From Planctomycetia bacterium (GTDB lineage: Bacteria; Planctomycetota; Planctomycetia; Pirellulales; Thermoguttaceae), in assembly GCA_030527105.1 (NCBI GenBank), contig JAUNBK010000002.1, positions 44,215 through 108,214 of the forward strand: a stretch of 64,000 nucleotides of DNA, given 5' to 3'. The position numbers and the translations under genes are program-made. The notes beneath the pieces are model-generated. The model saw nothing but the letters and a program-made list of their open reading frames with translations. It was not told where the DNA came from and ran no database searches. Positions 1-8,398 of this stretch are shown piece after piece. Within the stretch, counting starts at the first letter, position 1. Every line of letters begins with the position of its first letter.

Positions 1-2069
1 TCGACCTGGCTATAGTCTGCCGACACGAAAAACCACTCTTCCGGTCGCGCGACAAAGGCGCTGCGGATCAAACGCCCCGCCTCCGTGCGCACGGGAATAT
101 TTTGGAGGTTCGGCTCGCTCGAACTCAATCTCCCCGTTGCCGTCACGGCTTGGTTAAATTTTGTATGAATCCGTCCATCAATCGGACTCACGAGTTTCGG
201 AAGCGCGTCCACGTACGTGTTTTGAAGTTTGACGAGTTGGCGATACTCGAGCAATTTCCCAGGGAATGGGTGTTTCTCCGAAAGCTCCTCGAGTGTTTGG
301 GCGTCTGTGCTTGGACCGGTTTTCGTTTTGCGCAAAACCTCCAAGTGGAAGCGATCGTACAAAATATTCCGAAGTTGGATGGGAGAATTCAAATTCACGC
401 GCAGCGTCTCGGGCGAAACGTTCTCGCTCCCCTCGATCAATTGATACAACTCGGAGCGCAGCGCGTCTGTTTGAGCGTGGAACTCCTCCGAAATTTGTTT
501 TAGGCGGCTTTTATCGACGAAAATACCTGCCGTCTCCATGCGAGCGAGGACGCGAACGAGTGGGAACTCAAGCCGCGCAGCAATCGTTTCGAAGTGATTC
601 TCGCGCAATTCTTGTCGAAAAAGTCGGAAGAGCGCCTCGATCGCTTCGGCAGAATTCGCCTTTTCGTTCGAAAAAGAGGGCGCGAGCGAGGAATAAAGCG
701 TCACGATTTTCTCGAGGGACTCGATATCTTCGCCAGAATGAAGGAGGTATGCCGCGATGAGAATGTCAAAAAAGGGACCGGACGCGGCAATTCCCAACTT
801 GTCGAAAATTTTGTACGCGATCTTGAGATCAAAGCCCGTTTTGACGATGTTCGAATCTTCGATCTCCGCGCGATGTGTGTTCAAAAAAGACTCCAATTGC
901 GTGCGTCGGGACTCAAAAAGCGCAAGCGCCGGGGTTGCGTCCTCCAAAATCTCGTCACAAACGGTCGAACAAAAAAGGTCGGGAGGAAAAACCAAGATAT
1001 CCTCCGTTTCGAACGCCTCGAACGACACCCCAAACGGCGGGAGATTGGAGACGATTTCCTCGCGCGCAGCGGGGGAGGAAGCCACCTCGACATGCACGCT
1101 CTTCTCGGCAACGGCAGGCGCGGACGCTTGCGCGGGCTGCTCGAAAAGGAGATTTTGCGACCCCATTTTCTCCGCCTTTGAAATCATGCTTCGAAAATTG
1201 TATTGCTCGAAAAGCGGGATGAGAGCGAGATAGTCGAAGTGAGAAGGGCGACCCGACTCCCAATCGATTTCCAACGGAACGTCCGTCCGCAGCGTCGCTA
1301 ATTTTCGGCTCAGCTCGGCAACTTCGCGCCCCTCAAGCAAATTGGTCTTGCGTTTCGAAGGTTTCGTACCAAAATGCGCATCGAGATTCTCCGGCTTGAG
1401 AATTTCGTCGAGGGAGCCAAATTTTTGGAGCAACTCGCGCGCAATCTTCGGACCAATGAGAGCCACGCCCGGGATATTGTCGGAGGAATCCCCCACAAGC
1501 GCTTGATAATCAACCACCTGTTCCGGAGGAATTCCCCAATCTTCGAGGAGAAAATCACGATCCAGAAACAAATCGCGCCGAAGGCTATAGATCGAAACGG
1601 AGTCGTTGAGCAGCTGGCGCGCGTCCTTGTCGCTCGTGACGAGAACGCACTTCCCCCCCAAAGAGGCAGCCTTTTGCGCCAACGACGCCAAAATGTCGTC
1701 CGCCTCAAACCCCTCTTTTCCCAAAATAGGGACGCGCATTTTTTCGAGACACTCCCGAATGCGCGGAATCTGCTCGATGAGTTCCGCCGGCATTTTCTCA
1801 CGCTGAATTTTATACTCTGAATACATCTCCTGGCGAAACGTCGGGGCGTGGAGATCGAAAGCGCAAAAAAGACGATCCGGGTGGTGCTTCTCCAAAATGA
1901 GGAATATGTCGCGAAGAAATCCGAAGACCGCATTGACGTTTTCGCCATCGCGCCCCTTCATCTCCGGCAGCGCGTGGAAAACTTGATACACGAGACCATA
2001 GACGTCAATCGCAAAAATGCGTTCGTTTGGCGACAAAATAGCGGGCGTCGTCATTGCTTCTGCACTCAT
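1..2069 (-). CDS. polA: DNA polymerase I, N-terminal ~690 aa; the C-terminus runs off the left edge
   Basis: Absent from the ORF track because there is no in-window stop. Minus-strand translation from ATG 2069 reads MSAEAMTTPAILSPNERIFAIDVYGLVYQVFHALPEMKGRDGENVNAVFGF, followed by CVLVTSDKDARQLL and VGDSSDNIPGVA (5'-3' exonuclease motifs). Near position 1 it reads TATGRLSSSEPNLQNIPVRTEAGRLIRSAF...SADYSQV (family A polymerase motifs). Confidence 0.9.
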   Translation of the reverse strand, partial: MSAEAMTTPAILSPNERIFAIDVYGLVYQVFHALPEMKGRDGENVNAVFGFLRDIFLILEKHHPDRLFCAFDLHAPTFRQEMYSEYKIQREKMPAELIEQIPRIRECLEKMRVPILGKEGFEADDILASLAQKAASLGGKCVLVTSDKDARQLLNDSVSIYSLRRDLFLDRDFLLEDWGIPPEQVVDYQALVGDSSDNIPGVALIGPKIARELLQKFGSLDEILKPENLDAHFGTKPSKRKTNLLEGREVAELSRKLATLRTDVPLEIDWESGRPSHFDYLALIPLFEQYNFRSMISKAEKMGSQNLLFEQPAQASAPAVAEKSVHVEVASSPAAREEIVSNLPPFGVSFEAFETEDILVFPPDLFCSTVCDEILEDATPALALFESRRTQLESFLNTHRAEIEDSNIVKTGFDLKIAYKIFDKLGIAASGPFFDILIAAYLLHSGEDIESLEKIVTLYSSLAPSFSNEKANSAEAIEALFRLFRQELRENHFETIAARLEFPLVRVLARMETAGIFVDKSRLKQISEEFHAQTDALRSELYQLIEGSENVSPETLRVNLNSPIQLRNILYDRFHLEVLRKTKTGPSTDAQTLEELSEKHPFPGKLLEYRQLVKLQNTYVDALPKLVSPIDGRIHTKFNQAVTATGRLSSSEPNLQNIPVRTEAGRLIRSAFVARPEEWFFVSADYSQV

Positions 2070-2194
2070 CTTTCTTTGATATCGGATGTTGAAATTAATG
2101 CGTCGCGAGCCGTGGTGCGACTCGCTCTCTTTGGTATCGGAATTTCCACAATGAAGATGTATCTCTTTCGCGAAAAAACGACATTGGGGAAACT

Positions 2195-3622
2195 CTATTT
2201 TGAAGCGCTCTCGATCTGGCGCACTTCATACATCCGGGCGAGAGGCTGCGCGGCAGCGCGGACTGCGGTGGTTTGATGTGCAACTTTTTTCTCCCATTCA
2301 GCGTGGCTCGACCAAGTGTCAACGTAGTTCGGAATTTTCGTTTCGAAATATCCCGTTTTATTGGGGAGCGCCTCATAAAATGCGCGTACGCTCTCCAAAT
2401 CGTCTGGGTCAATGTGCCGCAATCTCAAAAACCAGCGTACTGCCGCCAAGTTGCGCAATTGTCGTTCGTCTACCGCCCGCGCGTTCGAAAGCGCCAATAC
2501 GCGCTGCGCCTGTTGGTACTGCGGCGTTTTCTCATTGAACGCAAGATCGATGCCCTCGTCAAACTGCTCGGAAGAATACTCGCCAACCGAAATTCCATCA
2601 ATTTTGAGCGCGTATTGCCCCGGTGGGAGGTGTCGAATACGCAAAATCTCTTGGTTCAAATCTTTCGCGAGCGGGACAAACTCCAACACGGCGCGCCCTC
2701 CCGACTCGATTGGCCAAGGGAGTGCGTTGGCGCAAAGGCAGAAGGAAAGGGCGCCATTCTCGTGCCGCAACTCAGAAACTTGCGCGTTCTCGACACTCGC
2801 AATGGTGGCGTCGTCTGCCGATATTTCGACACGCGAGACGAGACTGGGAGCGTTTTGCGCCCGGAGAAAAAGCCACGCCATCACGTAGTGCCCCGTTGCG
2901 CCCGGATGAACGCGGTCTGGTCCAATGAGCGTAAAATGCGGATTCGTTGCTTGTTTCGCGAGGTTGAGCGTTGTCATCTGATCGTGAAAATCAACCACAA
3001 GCGGCACACCTTGCGCCCCTCCCGACGTCGACTCTTGCGAATTCAACGCGTCCGCCAGGTTTTTCACGATTTCGGCACATCGTCCCAAGCCGCCGTTGCA
3101 CCCCGGTTGATTATTATTTCGATCGTTCTCTCCCGTGTCGTCAAATGGAGAAGGTGTCAAGAAAATGAGGGTGGGAGCGTTTTTCTCACACAGCGCGGAG
3201 ACGAGTTGCTTCATGTTTCGTTCGTACGCGAGAAGGGCATTTTCTTGGCGTTTCGACTGTTCCGGCGAGGGATCTGCCACATAATTTCCGCGCCCGACAT
3301 CGTTCATACCGAACATGAGAACGACGTGCGAGGGATTCTTCACGAAAATGTCCTCCTCAATGCGCGTCATGGCGGCACCCGCGTTGTCACCCGCAACACC
3401 AGCGTTCACGAAGGTGATATTTTTTTCGGGGAAGCGTGTGAGGTAGTAGTCATAGATATAGTAGTGGAATCGCCCTCCATGCGTGATGCTGTCGCCGTAG
3501 AAACACACGACGTCTCCATCGCCAAAGGTCTCCGCCCGAGCGAACGCGGCGAACGAGCACACGAGAACGACAAACCAAAAGAAGCGCGAAATCCGACTGC
3601 GAAATTGGGAGTATTTTTTCAT
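2195..3622 (-). CDS. Secreted SGNH/GDSL-family hydrolase
   Basis: 475-aa ORF with an N-terminal signal-like segment (FFWFVVLVCSFAAFARA), a GDSITHGG block I motif and a GMNDVG block. Upstream RBS-like AAGGAAA. Confidence 0.75.
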   Translation of the reverse strand: MKKYSQFRSRISRFFWFVVLVCSFAAFARAETFGDGDVVCFYGDSITHGGRFHYYIYDYYLTRFPEKNITFVNAGVAGDNAGAAMTRIEEDIFVKNPSHVVLMFGMNDVGRGNYVADPSPEQSKRQENALLAYERNMKQLVSALCEKNAPTLIFLTPSPFDDTGENDRNNNQPGCNGGLGRCAEIVKNLADALNSQESTSGGAQGVPLVVDFHDQMTTLNLAKQATNPHFTLIGPDRVHPGATGHYVMAWLFLRAQNAPSLVSRVEISADDATIASVENAQVSELRHENGALSFCLCANALPWPIESGGRAVLEFVPLAKDLNQEILRIRHLPPGQYALKIDGISVGEYSSEQFDEGIDLAFNEKTPQYQQAQRVLALSNARAVDERQLRNLAAVRWFLRLRHIDPDDLESVRAFYEALPNKTGYFETKIPNYVDTWSSHAEWEKKVAHQTTAVRAAAQPLARMYEVRQIESASK

Positions 3623-3814
3623 AAAATTTCCTTCGGTGGGATAAAATGGGGGTCAAAATCGCGCCCGGCTCCACATGGCGTTCATGTCGTGGAGGGGGCA
3701 CGAGGATTGGAAACAAAAATCGAACAGCCTCGAACGAACCCATTGAATCAGGAACCATCACGGCTCAATCCTGCATTATACCCCATGTGACGTATTACGC
3801 AAGCCCTCCCTAGG

Positions 3815-3923
3815 GCTGTGTCAAAAAAACAGGATTAGCCAACGTAGTGAGCGATCTATAGGTTCTTTGAAGGAGAGTTTGAGAGGAAACAAATTTTCAA
3901 AAATGTATCCTCTCAAAGGTTGG
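3815..3923 (-). repeat. Family-B repeat, left inverted arm flanking the WYL gene
   Basis: The reverse complement aligns with 5433-5556 at roughly 80% identity over about 100 bp (CCAACCT.T.AGAGGA...TTTTTGAAAATT...CTCAAACTCTCCTTCAAA.AAC.T.TAG...GCTCACT.CGTT.GCTA). It contains an internal hairpin GAGAGGA...TCCTCTC. Confidence 0.75.
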
Positions 3924-3952
3924 CGAATCGCGAGTCAGACCGATTGAGTTTG

Positions 3953-4060
3953 TATACTCATCGTCGTTTAAAATACCCGTTTTACGCGAGGTTTTGCGAG
4001 CCGTGGTGCGTAGCTCCAACGACGGGCGGAACGGGAAATTTCAACGCGAAGTATCATAAA
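3953..4060 (-). repeat. Family-A palindromic intergenic element
   Basis: TATACTCATCGTCGTTTAAAATACCCGTTTTACGCGAGGTTTTGCGAGCCGTGGTGCGTAGCTCCAACGACGGGCGGAACGGGAAATTTCAACGCGAAGTATCATAAA. Confidence 0.9.
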
Positions 4061-4094
4061 ACTGACACAACACCAGATGTCACTCACGCTCTCG

Positions 4095-5171
4095 TCAGTC
4101 TGGATTCTCGAACGTGGAATTTTGATTTTCGCCAATCCCATAAATCTTGGCGAGATTCCGAACTCGTCGTTTCATTTCGTCGCGGAGCGATTGCGGTTGA
4201 ATCACTTCGACCTCGTCGGCGTATCCAAAGACCCACCAGAGGATTTCTTTGATACCCGAGACCGTAACGCGATAGGCGAGGGTGCCGTTTGAATAAAAGT
4301 GTGCCTGTTCTGTTTCGTGCCATTGGACGCTTTTAATATTTTTAGCAACTTTCTTTGAAAACAACAACTCGACCTCAACATCTTCCTCGTCGCGAATCAT
4401 ATTCCACGCGTTTCCGCGATATTTCTCGTACGACCAGCCGAATGGGGGAACGAAAGTCGCATTCGGGTTGATTTTTAGATTTTGAATACGTTCCAGGTGA
4501 AAAGTGCGCACTTCATTATGAAACGTTGAATAACCTGTGACATACCATGCGTGACGATTAAAGTGAATATGATATGGACATATCGTTGTGCATATAGATG
4601 TATTTTCAAAAACACTGCCGTATTCGACACTAATTTTTATGCAATTCTGCCTCGCCCAGAGGATTTGAAAGAAAAAATCTCGACTGTGCGCTGGCGCTGT
4701 GGGAGCAATGTGGATATGCACGTTTCGAACCTGCTCCTCTGCGGCCTTTTGAATCTCATCTGGAAGTCCACTGGAAAATTTCTCGATCAACGGCACTGAT
4801 GCATTCAAATATGGTATGGATCCCGGCTTGCCAGAGCCGACCTGACCTAAAAGCAAGAGGGAGACTCCATCTTCAACCGCCACTTCAATAGAGTGCAAAA
4901 AAGGAAAGGAGGTTTTTGGAAAATGATACTCTCCTTTATGATTCTTGACCAATGGCTCACGCAAAAAATGCTGAATTTCCTCGATATCTCGATAGATTGT
5001 TCTCTCCTGCTTCTCGGGCGCCACGAGTTGATGAAGCTCCGAGGGCGTGTACCACCCCTGTTGAAGGAGACTGATGACCGTGAGAACCCGCCCCACGTGG
5101 GAGAGCGGTTCGTCCTGCATCTCCCTCATGTGCGAGTCTTTGTTTCCCCGATTATTCGCAAATTCCGACAT
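4095..5171 (-). CDS. WYL-domain transcriptional regulator (HTH + WYL + C-terminal extension; YafY/BrxR/CapW-like architecture)
   Basis: 358-aa ORF. N-terminal wHTH-like segment (LLQQGWYTPSELHQLV...RTIYRDIEEIQ). Central WYL-type block (CPYHIHFNRHAWYVTGYSTFHNEVRTFHLERIQNL). C-terminal block ending ADEVEVIQPQSLRDEM. Visibly more AT-rich than the flanking core genes. Confidence 0.75.
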   Translation of the reverse strand: MSEFANNRGNKDSHMREMQDEPLSHVGRVLTVISLLQQGWYTPSELHQLVAPEKQERTIYRDIEEIQHFLREPLVKNHKGEYHFPKTSFPFLHSIEVAVEDGVSLLLLGQVGSGKPGSIPYLNASVPLIEKFSSGLPDEIQKAAEEQVRNVHIHIAPTAPAHSRDFFFQILWARQNCIKISVEYGSVFENTSICTTICPYHIHFNRHAWYVTGYSTFHNEVRTFHLERIQNLKINPNATFVPPFGWSYEKYRGNAWNMIRDEEDVEVELLFSKKVAKNIKSVQWHETEQAHFYSNGTLAYRVTVSGIKEILWWVFGYADEVEVIQPQSLRDEMKRRVRNLAKIYGIGENQNSTFENPD

Positions 5172-5230
5172 GAATTCCGTTCCCCAACTTTGTTATGGTT
5201 ATCGCACCAAAAACCGTCTTTTATAACACT

Positions 5231-5326
5231 TTTCCCCTAAATTTCGGTTTTCACGAAGTTTCGGAAACCATCGCGCGTCGCTCCAACGGCAGGCAAAACC
5301 GAAAAATTCAATGCGAAACATCATAA
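5231..5326 (-). repeat. Family-A element, diverged copy
   Basis: ...AAATTTCGGTTTTCACGAAG...GCGTCGCTCCAACGGCAGGCAAAACCGAAAAATTCAATGCGAAACATCATAAG. Confidence 0.6.
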
Positions 5327-5432
5327 GACGCTTTCTTTTTACGCTCTCCGCCTACGCCCCCCACGAGCGTGGCGCACTATGATACAATTTTCACCTTAAA
5401 AAGTCAAGACCAAAAATCAAAAAGTTCGACCT

Positions 5433-5556
5433 TCCAACCTCTCAAGAGGAAATTTTTTGAAAATTATTTCTTCTCAAACTCTCCTTCAAAAAACTTGTAG
5501 CCTGCTCACTCCGTTTGCTAGGGAACCGCTGAACAATTCCCTGATTTTGTCAGGAA
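5433..5556 (+). repeat. Family-B repeat, right inverted arm flanking the WYL gene
   Basis: See 3815-3923. The outer tip CCCTGATTTTGTCAGGAAGG resembles the terminal IR of the adjacent IS5 remnant. Confidence 0.75.
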
Positions 5557-5678
5557 GGATTCCGCGAAAGTTGTTTTTTCAAAACAAATCTATATGTTGT
5601 AGTTTTGTGCAAAATCGTTGAAAAATGGGCGTATTATCCCTCGCAAAATCGAGTTTTTTGACCTGCGCGAACGCACAT

Positions 5679-5788
5679 TATACCTGTTCTCCTTTAAAAC
5701 TCCCGTTTTACGCGACGTTTTGCGAGCCGTGGTGCGCAAGCTCCAACGGCGGACGGAAACGAAAATTTCAACGCGAAGTATTATAAAA
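5679..5788 (-). repeat. Family-A element nested in the IS5 remnant
   Basis: Near-consensus copy that abuts the transposase C-terminal remnant. Confidence 0.9.
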
Positions 5789-6128
5789 GGTTCGCAAGAC
5801 CAAAAAGAACGTTGAATCGATTCATGTTTTTGACCAGACCTCGGTACACCACCTTGCTGCGAATCGACGATTTGCGACGCTCAATATCGCGTTCTCAGTC
5901 GATTCCGGTGTACGTTTTGTTCGATTTTCGACAGGCGTTCATCTTCCCGACCGAATCATGCACGTTCGCCGCCGTACCCGCGATGGTGTGAACGTACGGC
6001 TGAATCATCTGCACCCACGCAGCCCACGGAATAATTTCTTCCATTTTCCGCAGAAATTCTTCACGCCTCGTGCCCCGTTTTCTGAGGGAATATTCGTAGT
6101 CCGTGAAAGTCATCTGTTCGTTCGTCAT
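5789..6128 (-). pseudogene. IS5-family (DUF772/DDE) transposase remnant, internally deleted
   Basis: The N-terminus MTFTDYEYSLRKRGTRREEFLRKMEEIIPWAAWVQMIQPY is typical of IS5-family transposases. It jumps directly to a DDE fragment (HTIAGTAANVHDS), then a stop at 5895-5897. The same frame continues with a C-terminal remnant, IRSKVVYRGLVKNMNRFNVLFGLAN. Total length is far too short for an intact transposase. Confidence 0.7.
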
Positions 6129-6328
6129 GGTTCTGCCGTCTCCGCGTTACGTTAAATCGGCATCATCTCCATACTACCCCAGATTATAGCACTTCTTAAA
6201 TTTCTGACAAGACCTGGGATTATACTCGTTCTCCTTTTAAATTCCCGTTTTATGCGACGCTTTGCGAGCCGTGGTGCGTAGCTCCAACGGCGGACGGAAC
6301 AGAAATTTTAGCGCGAAGTATTATAAAG
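6123..6328. repeat. Direct repeat copy 1 flanking the R-M cassette (IS5 5' end + family-A copy)
   Basis: 6123-6195 matches 8399-8473 at about 90% (CGTCATG.TTCT.CCG.CTC.GCGTTACGTTAAATC.GCATCATCTCCATACTACCCCAG.ATTATAGCACTT). In both cases a family-A copy follows in the same orientation. Confidence 0.8.
6221..6328 (-). repeat. Family-A element
   Basis: Near-consensus copy located between the IS5 tip and the methyltransferase gene stop. Confidence 0.9.
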
Positions 6329-6350
6329 CACGAGGAGCATAAAAACAGGA

Positions 6351-7298
6351 TCACTTGAGAGCCGGGGCAAAATCCAGTGCAAGCTGAGCCGTACTCAAGC
6401 GATTTCTAGCGACTGCGACAAAGCTCTCGTTTATTTCGATACCAATATAGTGGCGACGGAGGTTTTTGGCAGCCAAACATGTCGTGCCTGACCCTGCGAA
6501 CGGGTCGATGATGATCGCGTCTTCTTGAGTTACAAGTGAGACGAGACATTCCATAAGCCGAAGCGGTTTCTGCGTTTCGTGCAGACCATGATCGGTTTTA
6601 TCGCAAGGTACGGACAAAATATTCGAGTTTGCGCCGCTCCCTGTAGAGGAACGTCGCGTACAATATGTTGAGAGCGCGGTCTCGTTCCACGCGCCGACGC
6701 CGTATTCGGCGACGTTGTCCGCGAGAGTTCCACCAATTTTGTAGGGTTTTTGAAACCACAATATTGGTTCAAAGAGGGGTCGCAAATTAGCAACCCGCCA
6801 GCCTTCCCACAGTTCGGCTTGTTCGTCGTCTCCACGACGTTTGTATATTTCTGAAATTCGTTGTGCGCGATGTGGGGCGGTTGTTTTTTCCCAAGCCAGC
6901 ATGTCTTTAAAGGTGAATCCAGAGTCTTCGAGAGCGACGATACACCTATGGGCAAAACGTCGTCCAGCAAAAATCAAACAAGACGCTCCAGGCTTCAACA
7001 CCCTGAGCCACTCTTCTGCCCAAGAGGAGCACCATTTTTGGTATTCAAGAGGAATTCTTTTGTCGGCACTACTCCACCCATTCAGAGGTTTTCCACGCCG
7101 TTTGAATATAGCTCCCGCGTTATTTTGCGCGGTCGACGTGCCGCCCAATGCCGAATTGGTGTTATTGTGCAGCACATCCCACTCATCGTAACCTATTCCA
7201 TAGGGGATGTCTGAAATAATCGCGTGCGAGTACTCACTTGGAAATGTTTTCATCAATTCCACCGAGTTTCCGCAAACAATCGTATCTAAGTCAATCAC
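6351..7298 (-). CDS. Type II DNA methyltransferase, N4/N6 beta-class (motif IV before motif I); M.HindIII-like by context
   Basis: 315 aa. SDIPYG (DPPY-type motif IV) lies near the N-terminus and IIDPFAGSGTT (FxGxG motif I) near the C-terminus. Its start overlaps the end of the upstream endonuclease pseudogene by 8 nt. Confidence 0.85.
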   Translation of the reverse strand: MIDLDTIVCGNSVELMKTFPSEYSHAIISDIPYGIGYDEWDVLHNNTNSALGGTSTAQNNAGAIFKRRGKPLNGWSSADKRIPLEYQKWCSSWAEEWLRVLKPGASCLIFAGRRFAHRCIVALEDSGFTFKDMLAWEKTTAPHRAQRISEIYKRRGDDEQAELWEGWRVANLRPLFEPILWFQKPYKIGGTLADNVAEYGVGAWNETALSTYCTRRSSTGSGANSNILSVPCDKTDHGLHETQKPLRLMECLVSLVTQEDAIIIDPFAGSGTTCLAAKNLRRHYIGIEINESFVAVARNRLSTAQLALDFAPALK

Positions 7299-8160
7299 GC
7301 TGGATTCCCCTTATATAAGCGTCAATTTGTTGGATTCTCTCATCAATCTTCCTGCTTTTTATCAGTTCAGAGATAGCCTGCTCGCGAGTGTAAGTGGTTA
7401 TTCTTTTGCGTTCATTTTCCCAATACGCTTTTTCAACCTCTCCACGGCGTGCTATATCTTTAACGCATAAGGCTAAAACTCGATCAAAATCCAACAGCGT
7501 CAGCCCGACGGAGGACGCCAAGAAGGCATCGAAATTGCGAATGAAACACTTTTTCTTCTCGGCAACAACCACTTTATGCGAAAGCGTTTCTCCAAAACCC
7601 CACAGCGAAGAAAGATTGATGTGCTCGTTTTCTTTTATGCCCCGAGAAAGTAGGGACAGCAAATGCTCCCAACTCAACAAACAGACGTTATTATCGACTG
7701 CTTGCGCGTATACCTGACTCTGCGAGCGTGGATATTGAAAGTATGGTGAGCACAATACGGCATAATCGTGGTCTTCGCGCCAAGCAGCCAAAGCTCAAAC
7801 CTTAAAATCTTTCTGATTCTTGGCGGTACGACTCATACGAAATGTCTTTGCGTCTGCAACAAGCGTATAGCCAAAGATGTGGGATTGCGCGATTACGTCT
7901 GCGGCATCTCCTCTTTCGGATAGCACCGTTGATTTTAGTCCTAACTCACGAAAAGCGCGCGACAGAACGGCGTCAGACGCTTTAGCAAATAGTTTTTCCC
8001 CGGTTGAATCGTGCGCAATACTTTCTGGGATCGTTCCAATTTGCAAAAGCAATTCTAAAAAATTGTCTGTTGTGGACACAAAAGCATTGATTTTTTCGAC
8101 GTTATCGAAAAACCTCTCGTGCTCTCCTTTCGTGATCAAAGTTAAAAGTTTATTAAACAT
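7291..8160 (-). pseudogene. HindIII-family type II restriction endonuclease interrupted by one in-frame TGA (7795-7797)
   Basis: ORFs 7795..8223 and 7291..7791 are in the same frame and read ...LVADAKTFRMSRTAKNQKDFKV*ALAAWREDHDYAVLCSPYFQYP...LLSWEHLL.... As I recall it, R.HindIII reads LVADAKSFRLSRTAKNQKDFKVKALSEWREDKDYAVLTAPFFQYP...LFSWEHLA. The likely start is MFNKLLTLI at 8160, preceded by AAGGAG. Confidence 0.8.
7795..7797 (-). other. In-frame TGA nonsense codon inside the HindIII-like endonuclease
   Basis: The minus strand reads AAG GTT TGA GCT TTG GCT GCT TGG (K V * A L A A W). The homologous HindIII position is Lys, by my recollection of the sequence. Confidence 0.85.
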
Positions 8161-8398
8161 TAGACTCCTTTTTTCGTGATCCGTTGTCTCGCGGATAGGA
8201 TTTGCGCGCATGAACAGACCCAAGTAGTAACATTATACAGCAACAATGTTGATTTGTCAAGGCTTGTCCATAAAAAACGGAACAATCAGGTGCCTTCAAA
8301 TTTTGGTGGCTAAAAGGCAAAAAGAGCATATTCATCTACCGGAGCCGAGAACGGTGCGTAGCGCAGTTCTGGATGAAGCGTCAAACGATCCTTCCGTC

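Larger units (their letters stand above)
3815..5556. mobile_element. Possible non-autonomous mobile cassette (inverted family-B arms) carrying the WYL regulator
   Basis: About 110-bp inverted repeats at both ends, IS-IR-like tips, AT-rich cargo, no transposase inside. Confidence 0.35.
5537..6220 (-). mobile_element. Decayed IS5-family insertion sequence with a nested family-A repeat
   Basis: Imperfect terminal inverted repeats: CCCTGATTTTGTCAGGAAGG (5537-5556) versus the reverse complement of 6202-6220 (TCCCAGGTCTTGTCAGAAA), about 14/19 matching. The element contains the transposase remnant and family-A copy 5679-5788. Confidence 0.5.

Noticed and set aside
1310-1948. ORFs 1310..1948 (-) and 1374..1820 (+), and the other small ORFs in 100-1260
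   Set aside because: These are out-of-frame or antisense shadows of the polA reading frame, which is open from 2069 to position 1 on the minus strand.
7795-7797. TGA in the endonuclease as programmed recoding (Sec/Trp/Gly reassignment)
   Set aside because: Other genes in the window terminate at TGA (e.g. the small membrane protein at 17421-17423 and the LpxL-like gene at 57491-57493). No SECIS-like hairpin was noticed directly downstream. Nonsense mutation or sequencing error is more parsimonious.
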